Shown here: one piece after another, positions 10,036 to 19,335 of the stretch
Layout: each line of letters opens with the position of its first letter
Position numbering within the stretch: the first letter of the stretch is position 1
Virus record (IMG/VR): IMGVR_UViG_3300031994_000009
Source: a virus
Taxonomy: Duplodnaviria; Caudoviricetes
Reading direction: 5' to 3' (one strand)
DNA: 64,000 nucleotides
Made by a program: the position numbers and the translations under genes
The notes under the pieces: generated by a model
What the model saw: only the letters and a program-made list of their open reading frames with translations
Databases searched by the model: none
What the model was told of the DNA's origin: nothing

Positions 10036-11811
10036 TCAAAACAAGCTTGGCGTATATGTCAATGAAGGTGCAATCTCGTTATATCCCAACGCGACGACGA
10101 TCCTGTTCAGCGGACTTAGCAACATCTTCTCGAATTGGATGTCAACATCCATTTTAGGAGCGAACTCCATAGGGAAAAGATCTGGAACAAAACCGAAAAC
10201 ATTCTCGCTATCCGTATAATAGTACCTAACCTTGTCTCCAGACTTCAGAAGATTGTATTTACTGCGATACTTCTTTGCCTTGTTGAAAAGCATGTTGTTA
10301 TAGATTGCAGCGGCCCTGACATGGATCGGGACTGGAAGCTTCTCGTTCGTGTCGATCGGGTTCCCGTTAGCATCCAGAACCTTCTTGAAAGAGAAATACT
10401 GGATCTCTGGGCTCTTGTCGTTCATGACAAAACTCTCATAGTTAGATATCGACTGTGATTTCGCGATGTCATTAGGGCTTTGCATTGCGAATCTCTTTTT
10501 TATGTCGACAAGTCTTTTGACAAGTTCACCAAGCGTAGGTTTCCTCCCCTTGTTCAGCTCTCCCATGATGAAAGTAACAAAGTCCTTCATCTCCTTTCTG
10601 CAATACTCAGGTGTAGATCCCTTCACCACATCAAAACCAGTATATGTTATGTGATGGCACGGATCGAACCTTGCCCCAGAGTCGATCCACTCGACATCGC
10701 ACATATAGTTCTTCTTCGCAAGAAGGATAATTGTCCTTGAAATCTTCTCAAGTTCGAATTTCTCAAGATTCTTGTGACAATGGAACTTCTGGGCATAGAT
10801 GTCAAACTTGCCATCCATATACTTTTCGAGAATCTCCTCATAGAATATGAGATCGAAATCAAGTTCCTGATCCTTCGAGACATAGCAAGCGTCTATGATC
10901 GGCTGCATTGTTATGTAAGCTGAATCTGTATTGTGGACAAGAATATCATTGGCAAAAAAAGTGTGATTTCCTTGAGAAGGATCGATCGCAATATCGTAAA
11001 CAAAATCATTATATCTTTCCGAAACAAGTTCAACATTTTTCACAGATTCCACATTTGACGTGTCTCCGCACATAACAACAACCTTATCTGTATATAAAAT
11101 TTCGAAAGGTTTTGCCTCGATCAAAACTCCATTTCTATATACCATAACAGAATGATCTTGTGTAACAGTAACAGATTTTCCAGAGTCAGATGTTATTTTC
11201 CACATTGACTTGTTCGTATAATGTCTCATTACATAAGCTGTTCTACAGAATCTTGAAGAGCATTGATTTGGATCATAGGACAAAACATCATAATTCATAT
11301 AGGCTCTTATCTTATCATGCGATTCGAATTGGCATAACTCGTCGAACAATGTCTTTATCTGAACTGGTTCATCTCCGACATAAACAACAGAGTCCCCCGT
11401 CACGCTATCTCCATATACTTGCATTGTATCGATCATAATCTTGTTCGTCCTTGCTGCGTTCATGAACTTTTCATAATCAAACGCATCGCCGAACAAAGCT
11501 TTCATCCTTTCGGCAACTCTCTTGTGACCATCAATGTCCTGATTCCACAGGTTCTTGATATAATCGTTAATTTGGATGACAGAATATTTGATAAGATCCT
11601 GGCCCTGTAAAGTGATGGACTCTGCAATATCCGTATTTGCGAGATTAAAGAACTCCGTACCAAACACACCATACACAGAGTTAATGAACGTCTTAGCGGA
11701 CTGCTGCATAGTGTTGTAGTAATCTTCCTCGTCTGTATATTCCGCGATTTTCTTCCTTAACAGATCCAAAGGACACGTTTCTGGATCAAAAATTTGATTG
11801 TTATCTTCCAT
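10036..11811 (-). CDS. gp43: Family B DNA polymerase, C-terminal half (split gp43B-like), containing an intein
   Basis: Contains motif B (KTFINSVYG), motif C (YGD|TDS, interrupted by the intein), KKNY and the thumb region. It lacks the exonuclease domain and motif A. The start was moved to the ATG at 11811 (MEDNNQ). Confidence 0.88.
   Translation of the reverse strand: MEDNNQIFDPETCPLDLLRKKIAEYTDEEDYYNTMQQSAKTFINSVYGVFGTEFFNLANTDIAESITLQGQDLIKYSVIQINDYIKNLWNQDIDGHKRVAERMKALFGDAFDYEKFMNAARTNKIMIDTMQVYGDSVTGDSVVYVGDEPVQIKTLFDELCQFESHDKIRAYMNYDVLSYDPNQCSSRFCRTAYVMRHYTNKSMWKITSDSGKSVTVTQDHSVMVYRNGVLIEAKPFEILYTDKVVVMCGDTSNVESVKNVELVSERYNDFVYDIAIDPSQGNHTFFANDILVHNTDSAYITMQPIIDACYVSKDQELDFDLIFYEEILEKYMDGKFDIYAQKFHCHKNLEKFELEKISRTIILLAKKNYMCDVEWIDSGARFDPCHHITYTGFDVVKGSTPEYCRKEMKDFVTFIMGELNKGRKPTLGELVKRLVDIKKRFAMQSPNDIAKSQSISNYESFVMNDKSPEIQYFSFKKVLDANGNPIDTNEKLPVPIHVRAAAIYNNMLFNKAKKYRSKYNLLKSGDKVRYYYTDSENVFGFVPDLFPMEFAPKMDVDIQFEKMLLSPLNRIVVALGYNEIAPSLTYTPSLF
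10930..11406 (-). mobile_element. Mini-intein (159 aa) in polymerase motif C
   Basis: Begins SVTGDS after YGD, has block B (VTVTQDHS), block F (VYDI) and block G (FFANDILVHN), followed by Thr. Too short to hold a homing endonuclease. Confidence 0.92.
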
Positions 11812-11826
11812 GACTAATTGATTTAT

Positions 11827-11851
11827 GTAATTATATACTTGATGACACAAA
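11827..11851 (-). repeat. Conserved 25-bp site, copy 1 (TTTGTGTCATCAAGTATATAATTAC)
   Basis: Close match to the copies at 16544-16569 and 34887-34912. Lies downstream of small orphan ORFs and upstream of the polymerase gene. Confidence 0.8.
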
Positions 11852-12010
11852 TTGTACCTAATTTTTCTGATTTTCAGCGAAATCTGAAGCAACTTTTAAA
11901 ATTATTTCAGCTTCAATTGGTTCATATTCCCATGTTAACTTAGGATATAATTGTTTCTCCCGTTGTAATTGTTATACGGTATATTGAACTCCTCATAATA
12001 TTTCAGCAAG

Positions 12011-12187
12011 TCAACACTTACTAGAATCTTTTTCATATCTTTCCAAGCTTCTGATGTCTATAAAACTTGGCCTTGGTTTTCCTTTTAAATACTCTTTTTC
12101 TATGACATTTGCTGTATCTAGAAGCTTTTGGTATAATTCTTTGTTCTTTTTATCAATATTAGAATTTGGGTCTATATATACATTCAT
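12011..12187 (-). CDS. Small hypothetical protein (58 aa)
   Basis: ATG at 12187 (MNVYIDPNS...) just after the folA stop; AT-rich. Confidence 0.5.
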   Translation of the reverse strand: MNVYIDPNSNIDKKNKELYQKLLDTANVIEKEYLKGKPRPSFIDIRSLERYEKDSSKC

Positions 12188-12200
12188 ATACTTACTTATT

Positions 12201-12707
12201 TTATTTGCGTCTGAAATCCAAAAAATAATACGTGAAATCGACATCTGGATCGTCATCAATTTCCTGCGATCTAACTAATTCCCATTCATCATGATCAAAT
12301 TCTGGAAACACAGTATCGCCATAAAACTCTTTGTCGATATATGTAACGAACATAAAACTTGCAAGATCCATGAATTGTTCATAGACCTTACCTCCGCCTA
12401 TAATAAAGGTTTGATCATCATTCTTTATCATTTCGAAGACTTCCTCGATATGGTGTGCCACCTCAAACCCTTCTGGAGCATCTTTCAGCCTTGAAGAGAG
12501 AATTATATTTCTTCTTCCTTTCAAAGGTTTCTGTTTCGGCAACGACATGTATGTGTTGTATCCCATCACCACAGTATGTCCTATGGTAATTTGCTTGAAA
12601 GACTCCATGTCCTTCTTTATATGCCAAAGAAGTCCACCCTTATCTCCGATCACCCCGTTAGACGACATTGCCACTATTATCGATATTTTATTCAAAATTT
12701 CCCCCAT
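12201..12707 (-). CDS. folA: Dihydrofolate reductase
   Basis: IIVAM..NGVIG..G.L.W, VVMG..T, PLKGRRNIILS, FIIGGG.VY and GDT.FP motifs. Confidence 0.95.
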   Translation of the reverse strand: MGEILNKISIIVAMSSNGVIGDKGGLLWHIKKDMESFKQITIGHTVVMGYNTYMSLPKQKPLKGRRNIILSSRLKDAPEGFEVAHHIEEVFEMIKNDDQTFIIGGGKVYEQFMDLASFMFVTYIDKEFYGDTVFPEFDHDEWELVRSQEIDDDPDVDFTYYFLDFRRK

Positions 12708-13654
12708 TTCTCTCTAAAAACGTCGTAAGCTATCTTTGTTGATTGTTCTTCGAACTTCTGTCTTGCCGACATAACTCTATCTTTCAGAAAATCGATCGCT
12801 GGCCTATATCTCTTGAAATTGTTCTTCGTAAGACGATTCACCACCTTGATGACATTATTTCTTGAATTGTCCGTTTTATCTTCCGATACAATCTTCAAAA
12901 TCGTATTCAAAGATTCAATAGCTTCAGTCAGCTTTGAATATGATTCCGTGGACTTAATTGCTTTAGTTACGCCAGAGGCATCCCCATAAGATCCTTGATA
13001 TGTTTCCAGTTCATGCTTCAGCTGGCCGATATGAGCGTTCCTTTCCGATCGATCCGTAAAGTATATAATCTTGTCAATGCAGTTCTCTATGTCGTTTGGG
13101 GAATTTTGCGCGATAGAACTATATCCTTGGAGGAAAGCGTCTCCAAGTCGTTTCTTCCCTCCACTTGTGACGAACATCTCATAATCGTTATACGCATGCA
13201 TTAGTTCGTGAGATACACTCTTCCCGATGATCCTGATTAGATCAATGTCACTAGGCCCAACAGCCCTGACGAACATGATAGGAACGAATCTAACGGAACC
13301 GTCCACAAATTCAATATGACTTTTTTCGCTGTATTTTCCTGAGCTTTTTGGCTCGATGTCCTCGGATCCATACGTGATATCGATAGTAAGACTAAACCCA
13401 GTAAAGAAAACATCCACACCATCGAATATTGACATATCCTTGTAAGTAAACACCTTTTCGTCCCCATGTCCCATTCCATAGACATCTGGCTTAATAACCT
13501 TATACAATGCCTGAACAATATCGGAAATGTTGTCTTTATATCCGTGCGACTCAAGTATGCTTGAATTGTATCCACTTTGTTCTATCATGAAGTGCCTATA
13601 CAAATGCTCATCAAGCAGACTATCAAATGTTTTCTTATGTTGAATGATTTTCAT
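12692..13654 (-). CDS. Putative zinc metalloprotease (HExxH), paralog A
   Basis: [10 protein letters not shown] plus a downstream ERNA. Clear full-length paralog of 38840..39814. Confidence 0.6.
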   Translation of the reverse strand: MKIIQHKKTFDSLLDEHLYRHFMIEQSGYNSSILESHGYKDNISDIVQALYKVIKPDVYGMGHGDEKVFTYKDMSIFDGVDVFFTGFSLTIDITYGSEDIEPKSSGKYSEKSHIEFVDGSVRFVPIMFVRAVGPSDIDLIRIIGKSVSHELMHAYNDYEMFVTSGGKKRLGDAFLQGYSSIAQNSPNDIENCIDKIIYFTDRSERNAHIGQLKHELETYQGSYGDASGVTKAIKSTESYSKLTEAIESLNTILKIVSEDKTDNSRNNVIKVVNRLTKNNFKRYRPAIDFLKDRVMSARQKFEEQSTKIAYDVFREKWGKF

Positions 13655-14478
13655 ACCGAAACCTCCCCCTTAATCACAGGCCAAGGATCATATCCTTCCA
13701 GTACAAAATCCTCATAATCAAATCCGAAAATGTCATTGACATCTGGATTAATCCTCATTTTCGGCAATGGTCTTGGATCCCTATTCAACTGTGTCTTAAC
13801 TTGATCGATCAAATTATTGTAAATATGAACATCACCGAAAGTATGAATGAAGTCTCCATATTCCAGCCCACACACCTGCGCAACCATCATTGTCAGCAAA
13901 GAATACGAAGCGATGTTGAACGGGACACCGAAAAACACGTCAGCACTCCTTTGATAAAGCTGGCATGATAACTTCCCATCTACCACATAAAACTGGAAGA
14001 AGCAATGACATGGAGGCAATGCGGCCTTACCGTTACTCACATTCTTTGCGAAATCCTTTTCCTTCTCGTCAGGCAAAACACTCGGATTCCATGCGGTAAC
14101 GATATGCCTTCTGCTGTTCGGGTTGTTCTTTATTCCATCAATCAATTCAGAAATCTGATCGATCCCCTCGTTGTTCCAATTCCTCCACTGGGCACCGTAC
14201 ACTGGACCGAGATTCCCGTTCGAGTCAGCCCATTCATCCCATATGGTGACACCGTGATCATTTAGATACTTTATGTTAGTGTCCCCTCTCAGCAACCACA
14301 ACAGTTCGTAGATTACAGATTTCATATGAATTTTCTTGGTCGTAACCAATGGGAAACCTTCCTGCAGGTTGAACCTCATCTGGTATCCGAACACGCTGAT
14401 CGTTCCAGTTCCAGTCCTGTCCCCCTTCTGGACACCGTTGTCCAGAATATGCTGCAATAAGTCCAAGTATTGTCTCAT
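13651..14478 (-). CDS. thyA: Thymidylate synthase
   Basis: [30 protein letters not shown] (catalytic Cys), YQRSAD..G.PFN and GD.HIY. Confidence 0.97.
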   Translation of the reverse strand: MRQYLDLLQHILDNGVQKGDRTGTGTISVFGYQMRFNLQEGFPLVTTKKIHMKSVIYELLWLLRGDTNIKYLNDHGVTIWDEWADSNGNLGPVYGAQWRNWNNEGIDQISELIDGIKNNPNSRRHIVTAWNPSVLPDEKEKDFAKNVSNGKAALPPCHCFFQFYVVDGKLSCQLYQRSADVFFGVPFNIASYSLLTMMVAQVCGLEYGDFIHTFGDVHIYNNLIDQVKTQLNRDPRPLPKMRINPDVNDIFGFDYEDFVLEGYDPWPVIKGEVSV

Positions 14479-14732
14479 TTCTTGTCTGATTTGATTTTTT
14501 CCAAAATTTCAAAAACCATGATGTCTGGATCAGACTTGATAGCTTCCTTCATGTAAGAAACAATCTGATCGATTGCCAACATATAACAATCAGTTCCTCC
14601 GCGATAAGCCCCATCGAGAAAAGCTTCAGACCCGTTTACATCAACATATCCCTCTGAGGTTTGATCCAAATAAAGTTTTATTTGTTTCTTTACAAGTTCT
14701 TCACATTGATCATTAATATAAAAATTCTTCAT
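14475..14732 (-). CDS. Hypothetical protein
   Basis: 85-aa ORF coupled to thyA by an ATGA overlap. Confidence 0.6.
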   Translation of the reverse strand: MKNFYINDQCEELVKKQIKLYLDQTSEGYVDVNGSEAFLDGAYRGGTDCYMLAIDQIVSYMKEAIKSDPDIMVFEILEKIKSDKK

Positions 14733-14745
14733 AACAATTTGATTA

Positions 14746-15639
14746 TTAATTATGTATCAAAATTTCATCAACATTTCCCCTTTTCGATGAATCACGATTA
14801 ATCAATCTCTTTGCGGAAACTGTTTCGATAATATATCCGTTATATAGAGCATCGAAGTAATCTCCGCATTTAGAATTGCTCAAAAGGAACTTTCCACCAT
14901 CCTTGTTGATCCTATCACAAAACCCCTTCAGTTTTTCCTGATCCTTATCGTTAAAATCATCTTTTGTGTAAGATGTGAAATTCGCCGTATCGCTGATCGG
15001 CTTGTACGGTGGATCCAGATAATATATAGCGTCGCAACCCTCGGCTGATGCTATTTGTGTTACGACATCTGTCTTGGAATAGTCACCACACAATATTGCT
15101 ACTTTCTCGTTTAATGCGATATGGACCTTGTCAAGTTCATCCTCGTTGAACGCATACACATAATCTTTTTGGCCCCACGGAACGTTGAACTCTCCGTTCC
15201 TGTTCACGCGATATATCCCGTTGAAACAACATTTGTTTATGAAAACAAAAGTTGCCGCACCCCAAGCGTCCGACATTTTTATGTCGCCTTTTATCCAATG
15301 GTTGTAATGTAGCCTTATGATATTGAACCTCTCTTTTTTCATAGAATCCGCATTATACGACTCCTGCATGTTATAGAGTTGGTCCTTGAACTCCTTGTAT
15401 CTCTCCGTATCCTTGATGACCCTGTATGTGTTGATCAACTGTTCGTTAGCGTCATTTATTACGGCATATCTCATATTTGAACATGTGTCCAGAAGATGGA
15501 ACAGAACAGATCCACCACCAACAAACGGTTCGACATAGACAAACTCCCTTGAACTTTCCCTGAGTTTCCAGATTCGTTCGTCGATCTCATTGATCAACTG
15601 CGTCTTACCTCCAGCCCATTTTATAAACGGTTTAGCCAT
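14746..15639 (-). CDS. dam: DNA adenine methyltransferase, Dam family
   Basis: KWAGGK, YVEPFVGGGSV, FNGIYRVN..G.FNVP.G and YLDPPY. Confidence 0.92.
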   Translation of the reverse strand: MAKPFIKWAGGKTQLINEIDERIWKLRESSREFVYVEPFVGGGSVLFHLLDTCSNMRYAVINDANEQLINTYRVIKDTERYKEFKDQLYNMQESYNADSMKKERFNIIRLHYNHWIKGDIKMSDAWGAATFVFINKCCFNGIYRVNRNGEFNVPWGQKDYVYAFNEDELDKVHIALNEKVAILCGDYSKTDVVTQIASAEGCDAIYYLDPPYKPISDTANFTSYTKDDFNDKDQEKLKGFCDRINKDGGKFLLSNSKCGDYFDALYNGYIIETVSAKRLINRDSSKRGNVDEILIHN

Positions 15640-15666
15640 TTAAGAATGATTTCGATTTTTCGATAG

Positions 15667-15680
15667 TGCAAATATACGGA
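15667..15680 (-). promoter_or_regulatory. Bacteroidetes-type host promoter (-7 element TAnnTTTG): TCCGTATATTTGCA
   Basis: Upstream of the dam operon. The same 14-mer recurs at four other - strand operon starts. Confidence 0.75.
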
Positions 15681-15688
15681 ATATTTCC

Positions 15689-15724
15689 AAAAAAAGAAAG
15701 GCCGATCCAGAAGAAATCGGCCTT
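15689..15724 (-). terminator. Intrinsic terminator
   Basis: Stem AAGGCCGAT/ATCGGCCTT with a long U-tract on the - strand. Confidence 0.75.
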
Positions 15725-15747
15725 CCGTGGCAGCATAAAATTATTTT

Positions 15748-16509
15748 TCAGATTTCGATAACCAATGGATCATATGTCACATCGTATCGTTCGTTCTTGA
15801 TGCTTACGTTAGCTGTAAGAGTCGTACCATATTTCTCGACATTATGGTTTCCACTATGGACATGGCCACAAAGCCATAATCCGATGATCTTGTCACGAAC
15901 ACATTTCGTCAGGACGGAAGATCCATATTCTGGTTTGTCATATTTCTCCAATGACACTCCAGTATCATTGACAAACTTGCCAGGACTATGTGTAAGCAAT
16001 ACGTCAACCCTATCTGGAATCAGACGGAACAACGCTTCAAGTTCTTCATCGTTCCTATAGAATGCCCAACCATAAAGTTCAGGAATATATGGTGTTCCAT
16101 AAAAAACCTTTCCTTCGATCTCTACTGAATTGTCATGGAGATAAACCATTTTTTCGGAGAATCCAAAAACTTCAGCAACATAATCCGATAATGTAATGTC
16201 CTTATATTTTTCATCGTCTCCGCCGACAGTTCTCCATCGTGGGATGTTAGGATCTATATTCTGTGAATTTGTCCAGTCATTAAAGACATATTCAAAAACG
16301 AAATCATGGTTTCCAGCGATAATGACGATTTTCTTACAATCCAATCCATCACACCATTTCCTGAAAGTTTCTTTCATCCACTTCACGCTTTGCGGAATAT
16401 TTCTTTGCATACGGAGAGGAACGATGTCCCCGCATATACACACGACATCGCAACTTTGCTTAATAACGGGAAGATCCCCGTGCATATCAGATAACGCTAT
16501 GATTTTCAT
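15748..16509 (-). CDS. Metallophosphoesterase (MPPED/239FB-like)
   Basis: SDMHG, CGDI, AGNHD, LLTHSP and CGHVH. Confidence 0.85.
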   Translation of the reverse strand: MKIIALSDMHGDLPVIKQSCDVVCICGDIVPLRMQRNIPQSVKWMKETFRKWCDGLDCKKIVIIAGNHDFVFEYVFNDWTNSQNIDPNIPRWRTVGGDDEKYKDITLSDYVAEVFGFSEKMVYLHDNSVEIEGKVFYGTPYIPELYGWAFYRNDEELEALFRLIPDRVDVLLTHSPGKFVNDTGVSLEKYDKPEYGSSVLTKCVRDKIIGLWLCGHVHSGNHNVEKYGTTLTANVSIKNERYDVTYDPLVIEI

Positions 16510-16543
16510 ATCAACAAAAAATTGTTTCTCCTTGTAAAATTTG

Positions 16544-16837
16544 GGTAATTATATACTTGTTGGCACAAAAATTTACTTCAATGAATTTTTACACATCAAA
16601 TATAAATCATATAAATATTCTTCGCTATATGGTGTTTCTTCAGATATGTGGTACCAACGCCATTCATCAACAAAACCACCAACATAGTGACCTAATTTTT
16701 CTGGTATTTTATCCATTACTGAATAAGGTACATCACTACCCCTTAATAATGCAATAATGTCTTTTTTATCTAAATCAACTTTCATTTTTTACATATTTTT
16801 TATAAACCAATTAGTTACATATTGACTTGTGCCATCA
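16544..16837 (-). mobile_element. Putative single-gene cassette bounded by inverted arms plus the conserved 26-bp site
   Basis: The site at 16544-16569 includes arm TGTTGGCACA (16558-16567). The inverted arm TGTGCCATCA is at 16828-16837. Together they enclose a 70-aa orphan ORF. Confidence 0.5.
16573..16785 (-). CDS. Small hypothetical protein (cassette cargo)
   Basis: 70-aa AT-rich ORF whose stop is 3 bp from the conserved site. Confidence 0.65.
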   Translation of the reverse strand: MKVDLDKKDIIALLRGSDVPYSVMDKIPEKLGHYVGGFVDEWRWYHISEETPYSEEYLYDLYLMCKNSLK

Positions 16838-16860
16838 TATTTTAAAATTAGAATTATTTT

Positions 16861-18033
16861 TTAAGAACAATAAATTTGACGAGACAACAATGGACCTCCC
16901 ATAGCAGTATCATAACAAATGTACTGCTGCTGTGGCCTCTCATACTCAAACCCATTAGTAAGGGCAAAACTGTTATATGAAATAATAGATCCATTGACAA
17001 CAGCATTTGGCGTATTCACGCTTGAATGGAAATGACCGATAAACAACATATCCTGATGAAACACCTTGGAATATTTCAATACAAGACGATTCAGTGCTGG
17101 ATAAATTCCACAGACAGTCCCAGTACCTCCAGACTTGATCTGGAACCCGTGTGCGAAGATAAACGTCTTATTGTCACAAGTGTGGACGATCGCCAACTCG
17201 GACTCTGGGATATAGAATTCCACTGGAAGGTTTGTAATCTCACACTGTTTCTTTATATTCTGGTACATCATCCATTCGTATGACATCTTATACCCGTTAC
17301 TGTGTTGAATCTTCTTCGTTGTTCTTGAGTGGTTTCCGACGATCCCGACGAAACGGATCTTCTTCAATTTCTTCAACGATGGATTTTCACAAAGGTATTT
17401 CAAGCCAGAATATATGAGAGACTGTGCCTTCAACGTAGCTTCAAGAGGGGACAACTGGTTAGTTTGCTCAAGCTCAGAATGTATGTAACCACTGATTGTA
17501 TCACCTAAAGAAGCAAAGATCAATTCATTCACATCATCTTGCACCAAGCAAGCAGCTAAGTTCCTGAAATATGTCTCTATCCTTTGCTCCGCTATCTCTA
17601 TATTATATTCGTTAAGGAAATTCACAGATTCTGGTTTGACAACCTCTTCTATATGGGCATCGCTGAAAAGTGCAACAGCATACCTATGACCCTTCTTTGT
17701 CGAAATAGGCCCAAAGTCATAGATCTGGAACGGTTGAGACTTGACTTCCTTTGTTTTCAGAAATTCCTGATATTCCGCTTCATCTTCTCTAGGCTTTTCA
17801 ACAGTAATAACTTTTACTTCCTTATCTTTTTCTTCATTGATATTCCCAGCATTAGCTCTAGAGAAAAGTTCATAAACTATGTCTTCATGGACAAAATATC
17901 CTTTAGAATTGATCGACTTCCTGATCTTGTCTCTGTTGACACCTATAGCTTTTGACAATTTTCTGATGCTTTCATACACATTTCCGTTACTGTCGATAAT
18001 CTTATTAGGAACGCTTGTAACTACATTAGCCAT
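16861..18033 (-). CDS. N-terminal HTH fused to a calcineurin-like phosphoesterase/nuclease
   Basis: The N-terminus (GNVYESIRKLSKAIGVNRDKIR) is NUMOD1/HTH-like. Catalytic motifs FSDAH, LGD, GNH, AHG and GHFH. Confidence 0.75.
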   Translation of the reverse strand: MANVVTSVPNKIIDSNGNVYESIRKLSKAIGVNRDKIRKSINSKGYFVHEDIVYELFSRANAGNINEEKDKEVKVITVEKPREDEAEYQEFLKTKEVKSQPFQIYDFGPISTKKGHRYAVALFSDAHIEEVVKPESVNFLNEYNIEIAEQRIETYFRNLAACLVQDDVNELIFASLGDTISGYIHSELEQTNQLSPLEATLKAQSLIYSGLKYLCENPSLKKLKKIRFVGIVGNHSRTTKKIQHSNGYKMSYEWMMYQNIKKQCEITNLPVEFYIPESELAIVHTCDNKTFIFAHGFQIKSGGTGTVCGIYPALNRLVLKYSKVFHQDMLFIGHFHSSVNTPNAVVNGSIISYNSFALTNGFEYERPQQQYICYDTAMGGPLLSRQIYCS

Positions 18034-18444
18034 TTATTCTTCACTTTCTTTTTTCTTTTTTCCATAAACCTGAGCATAGACATCCAATTCTTTTTTCCTA
18101 TTCTCATGAAGTTCGAAATCATAGTTTGTCTTCAACCCATACATTAGGTTAAACCATTCGAACTCCCTTTCTACCGTGCTTCTTTTCCAATTAGTCTTTG
18201 GTGCATAATCTTTCCAATGCTCGAAAAAATAAACCTTCCACGAAAGAAACTCATCGAAATCATCGAAGCAATATCTCTGAAACCAATCGTTTCTGTATTC
18301 GATATTTGGATCGATCTTGGATTTATCGTCTGGCCATTCAGGTAATGTCATCAAATAGTCATAATCAATCCCGAACTTCTTCAGTTCAGAATTAATGACA
18401 TCTTTCGCAAACTGTTTTGCTGTGATTTTCTTTGTATAAGCCAT
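18034..18444 (-). CDS. Hypothetical protein
   Basis: 136-aa ORF in the operon. Confidence 0.65.
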   Translation of the reverse strand: MAYTKKITAKQFAKDVINSELKKFGIDYDYLMTLPEWPDDKSKIDPNIEYRNDWFQRYCFDDFDEFLSWKVYFFEHWKDYAPKTNWKRSTVEREFEWFNLMYGLKTNYDFELHENRKKELDVYAQVYGKKKKESEE

Positions 18445-18461
18445 TTATAAAATGGTTTGTT

Positions 18462-18713
18462 TTAGCTATCTCCGTAAACTTCATTGTAGTTATATTGCTC
18501 ATATCTGGAAGCTATTTCGTGTAAACGGTGAGCAAAATCATTGTTATCCGTATATATTCCACGCGATCTTGCATATTCATCGATCACATCATCCAATGTC
18601 TTTTTCTTGTATACGTTATTATCCATGAAATCCTTTACAGGATGAGATTTTGAGATTTCAGAGATTCCGTATCCTAAAGCGCAAAGCGCAACATCTTTTA
18701 ATAAGCTTCCCAT
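18462..18713 (-). CDS. Hypothetical protein
   Basis: 83-aa ORF directly downstream of a host-type promoter. Confidence 0.6.
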   Translation of the reverse strand: MGSLLKDVALCALGYGISEISKSHPVKDFMDNNVYKKKTLDDVIDEYARSRGIYTDNNDFAHRLHEIASRYEQYNYNEVYGDS

Positions 18714-18733
18714 GATTTTATTTTTATAAACGA

Positions 18734-18747
18734 TGCAAATTTACGGA
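18734..18747 (-). promoter_or_regulatory. Bacteroidetes-type host promoter TCCGTAAATTTGCA
   Basis: TAnnTTTG core, 20 bp upstream of ATG 18713. Confidence 0.7.
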
Positions 18748-18782
18748 TTTTTGAACAAACAAAAAAGAAATTGTTTAGAAAA

Positions 18783-18995
18783 TTACGATTTATTTTCATT
18801 TTCTCTTGGTTTCTTAAACCAAATAAACCCAGAAACAACGATCAAACAAAATAGCCAGAGAATAGATGCGATTGCTCCAACAACATATCCTAACAATTTC
18901 TTCTCTGTTTCGGATCTCTTTATAACAACGATAAAAGTTACAAGCAAAACAATCGTGACTATCAGATATAATATCAAAACTCCAACAAAACTCAT
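18783..18995 (-). CDS. Small membrane protein (2 predicted TM helices)
   Basis: Two hydrophobic segments separated by KRSETEKK, with a basic C-terminus. Confidence 0.55.
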   Translation of the reverse strand: MSFVGVLILYLIVTIVLLVTFIVVIKRSETEKKLLGYVVGAIASILWLFCLIVVSGFIWFKKPRENENKS

Positions 18996-19053
18996 GTTAG
19001 AAACATTTCTTTTCTTAATTATATAGAAAAAACACGAAACCCATTAAAAATAG

Positions 19054-19061
19054 GATAAATA
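19054..19061 (+). promoter_or_regulatory. T4-type late promoter GATAAATA
   Basis: 22 bp upstream of ATG 19084, at the start of the baseplate operon. Confidence 0.7.
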
Positions 19062-19083
19062 ACCTAAAGTTTTTACAAGCTCA

Positions 19084-19335
19084 ATGTTCAATCCAAATAA
19101 ACACAGCGGAAGATGGTATTGCACAAGACACCAAGACCATTATACGGATCTAGGTTTCGACTATCATGGACACATATATGAAAAGACATTGAGCCATGTC
19201 ATATTCCAAAATAAAAGGAACAAAGCTATACTTTCTAGAATAGAGCCTATGATTGAATATGCGATCAACGCGGTTAAACAGATTAAACTTCAATTCATAT
19301 TCTCTCTCGACAAAAACGACACAAGAATCAACTGA
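19084..19335 (+). CDS. Small virion-operon protein
   Basis: 83 aa, TGATG-coupled to the baseplate gene. Confidence 0.65.
   Translation: MFNPNKHSGRWYCTRHQDHYTDLGFDYHGHIYEKTLSHVIFQNKRNKAILSRIEPMIEYAINAVKQIKLQFIFSLDKNDTRIN

Noticed and set aside
11413-11421. CAAGTATAT match to the 26-bp site core next to the intein junction
   Set aside because: Explained by the codons for Q-V-Y before the conserved YGD motif; the flanks do not match.
13651-14478. dCMP hydroxymethylase or modified-base synthase
   Set aside because: It retains canonical ThyA motifs including the dUMP-specific Asn (GVPFN) and is paired with DHFR.
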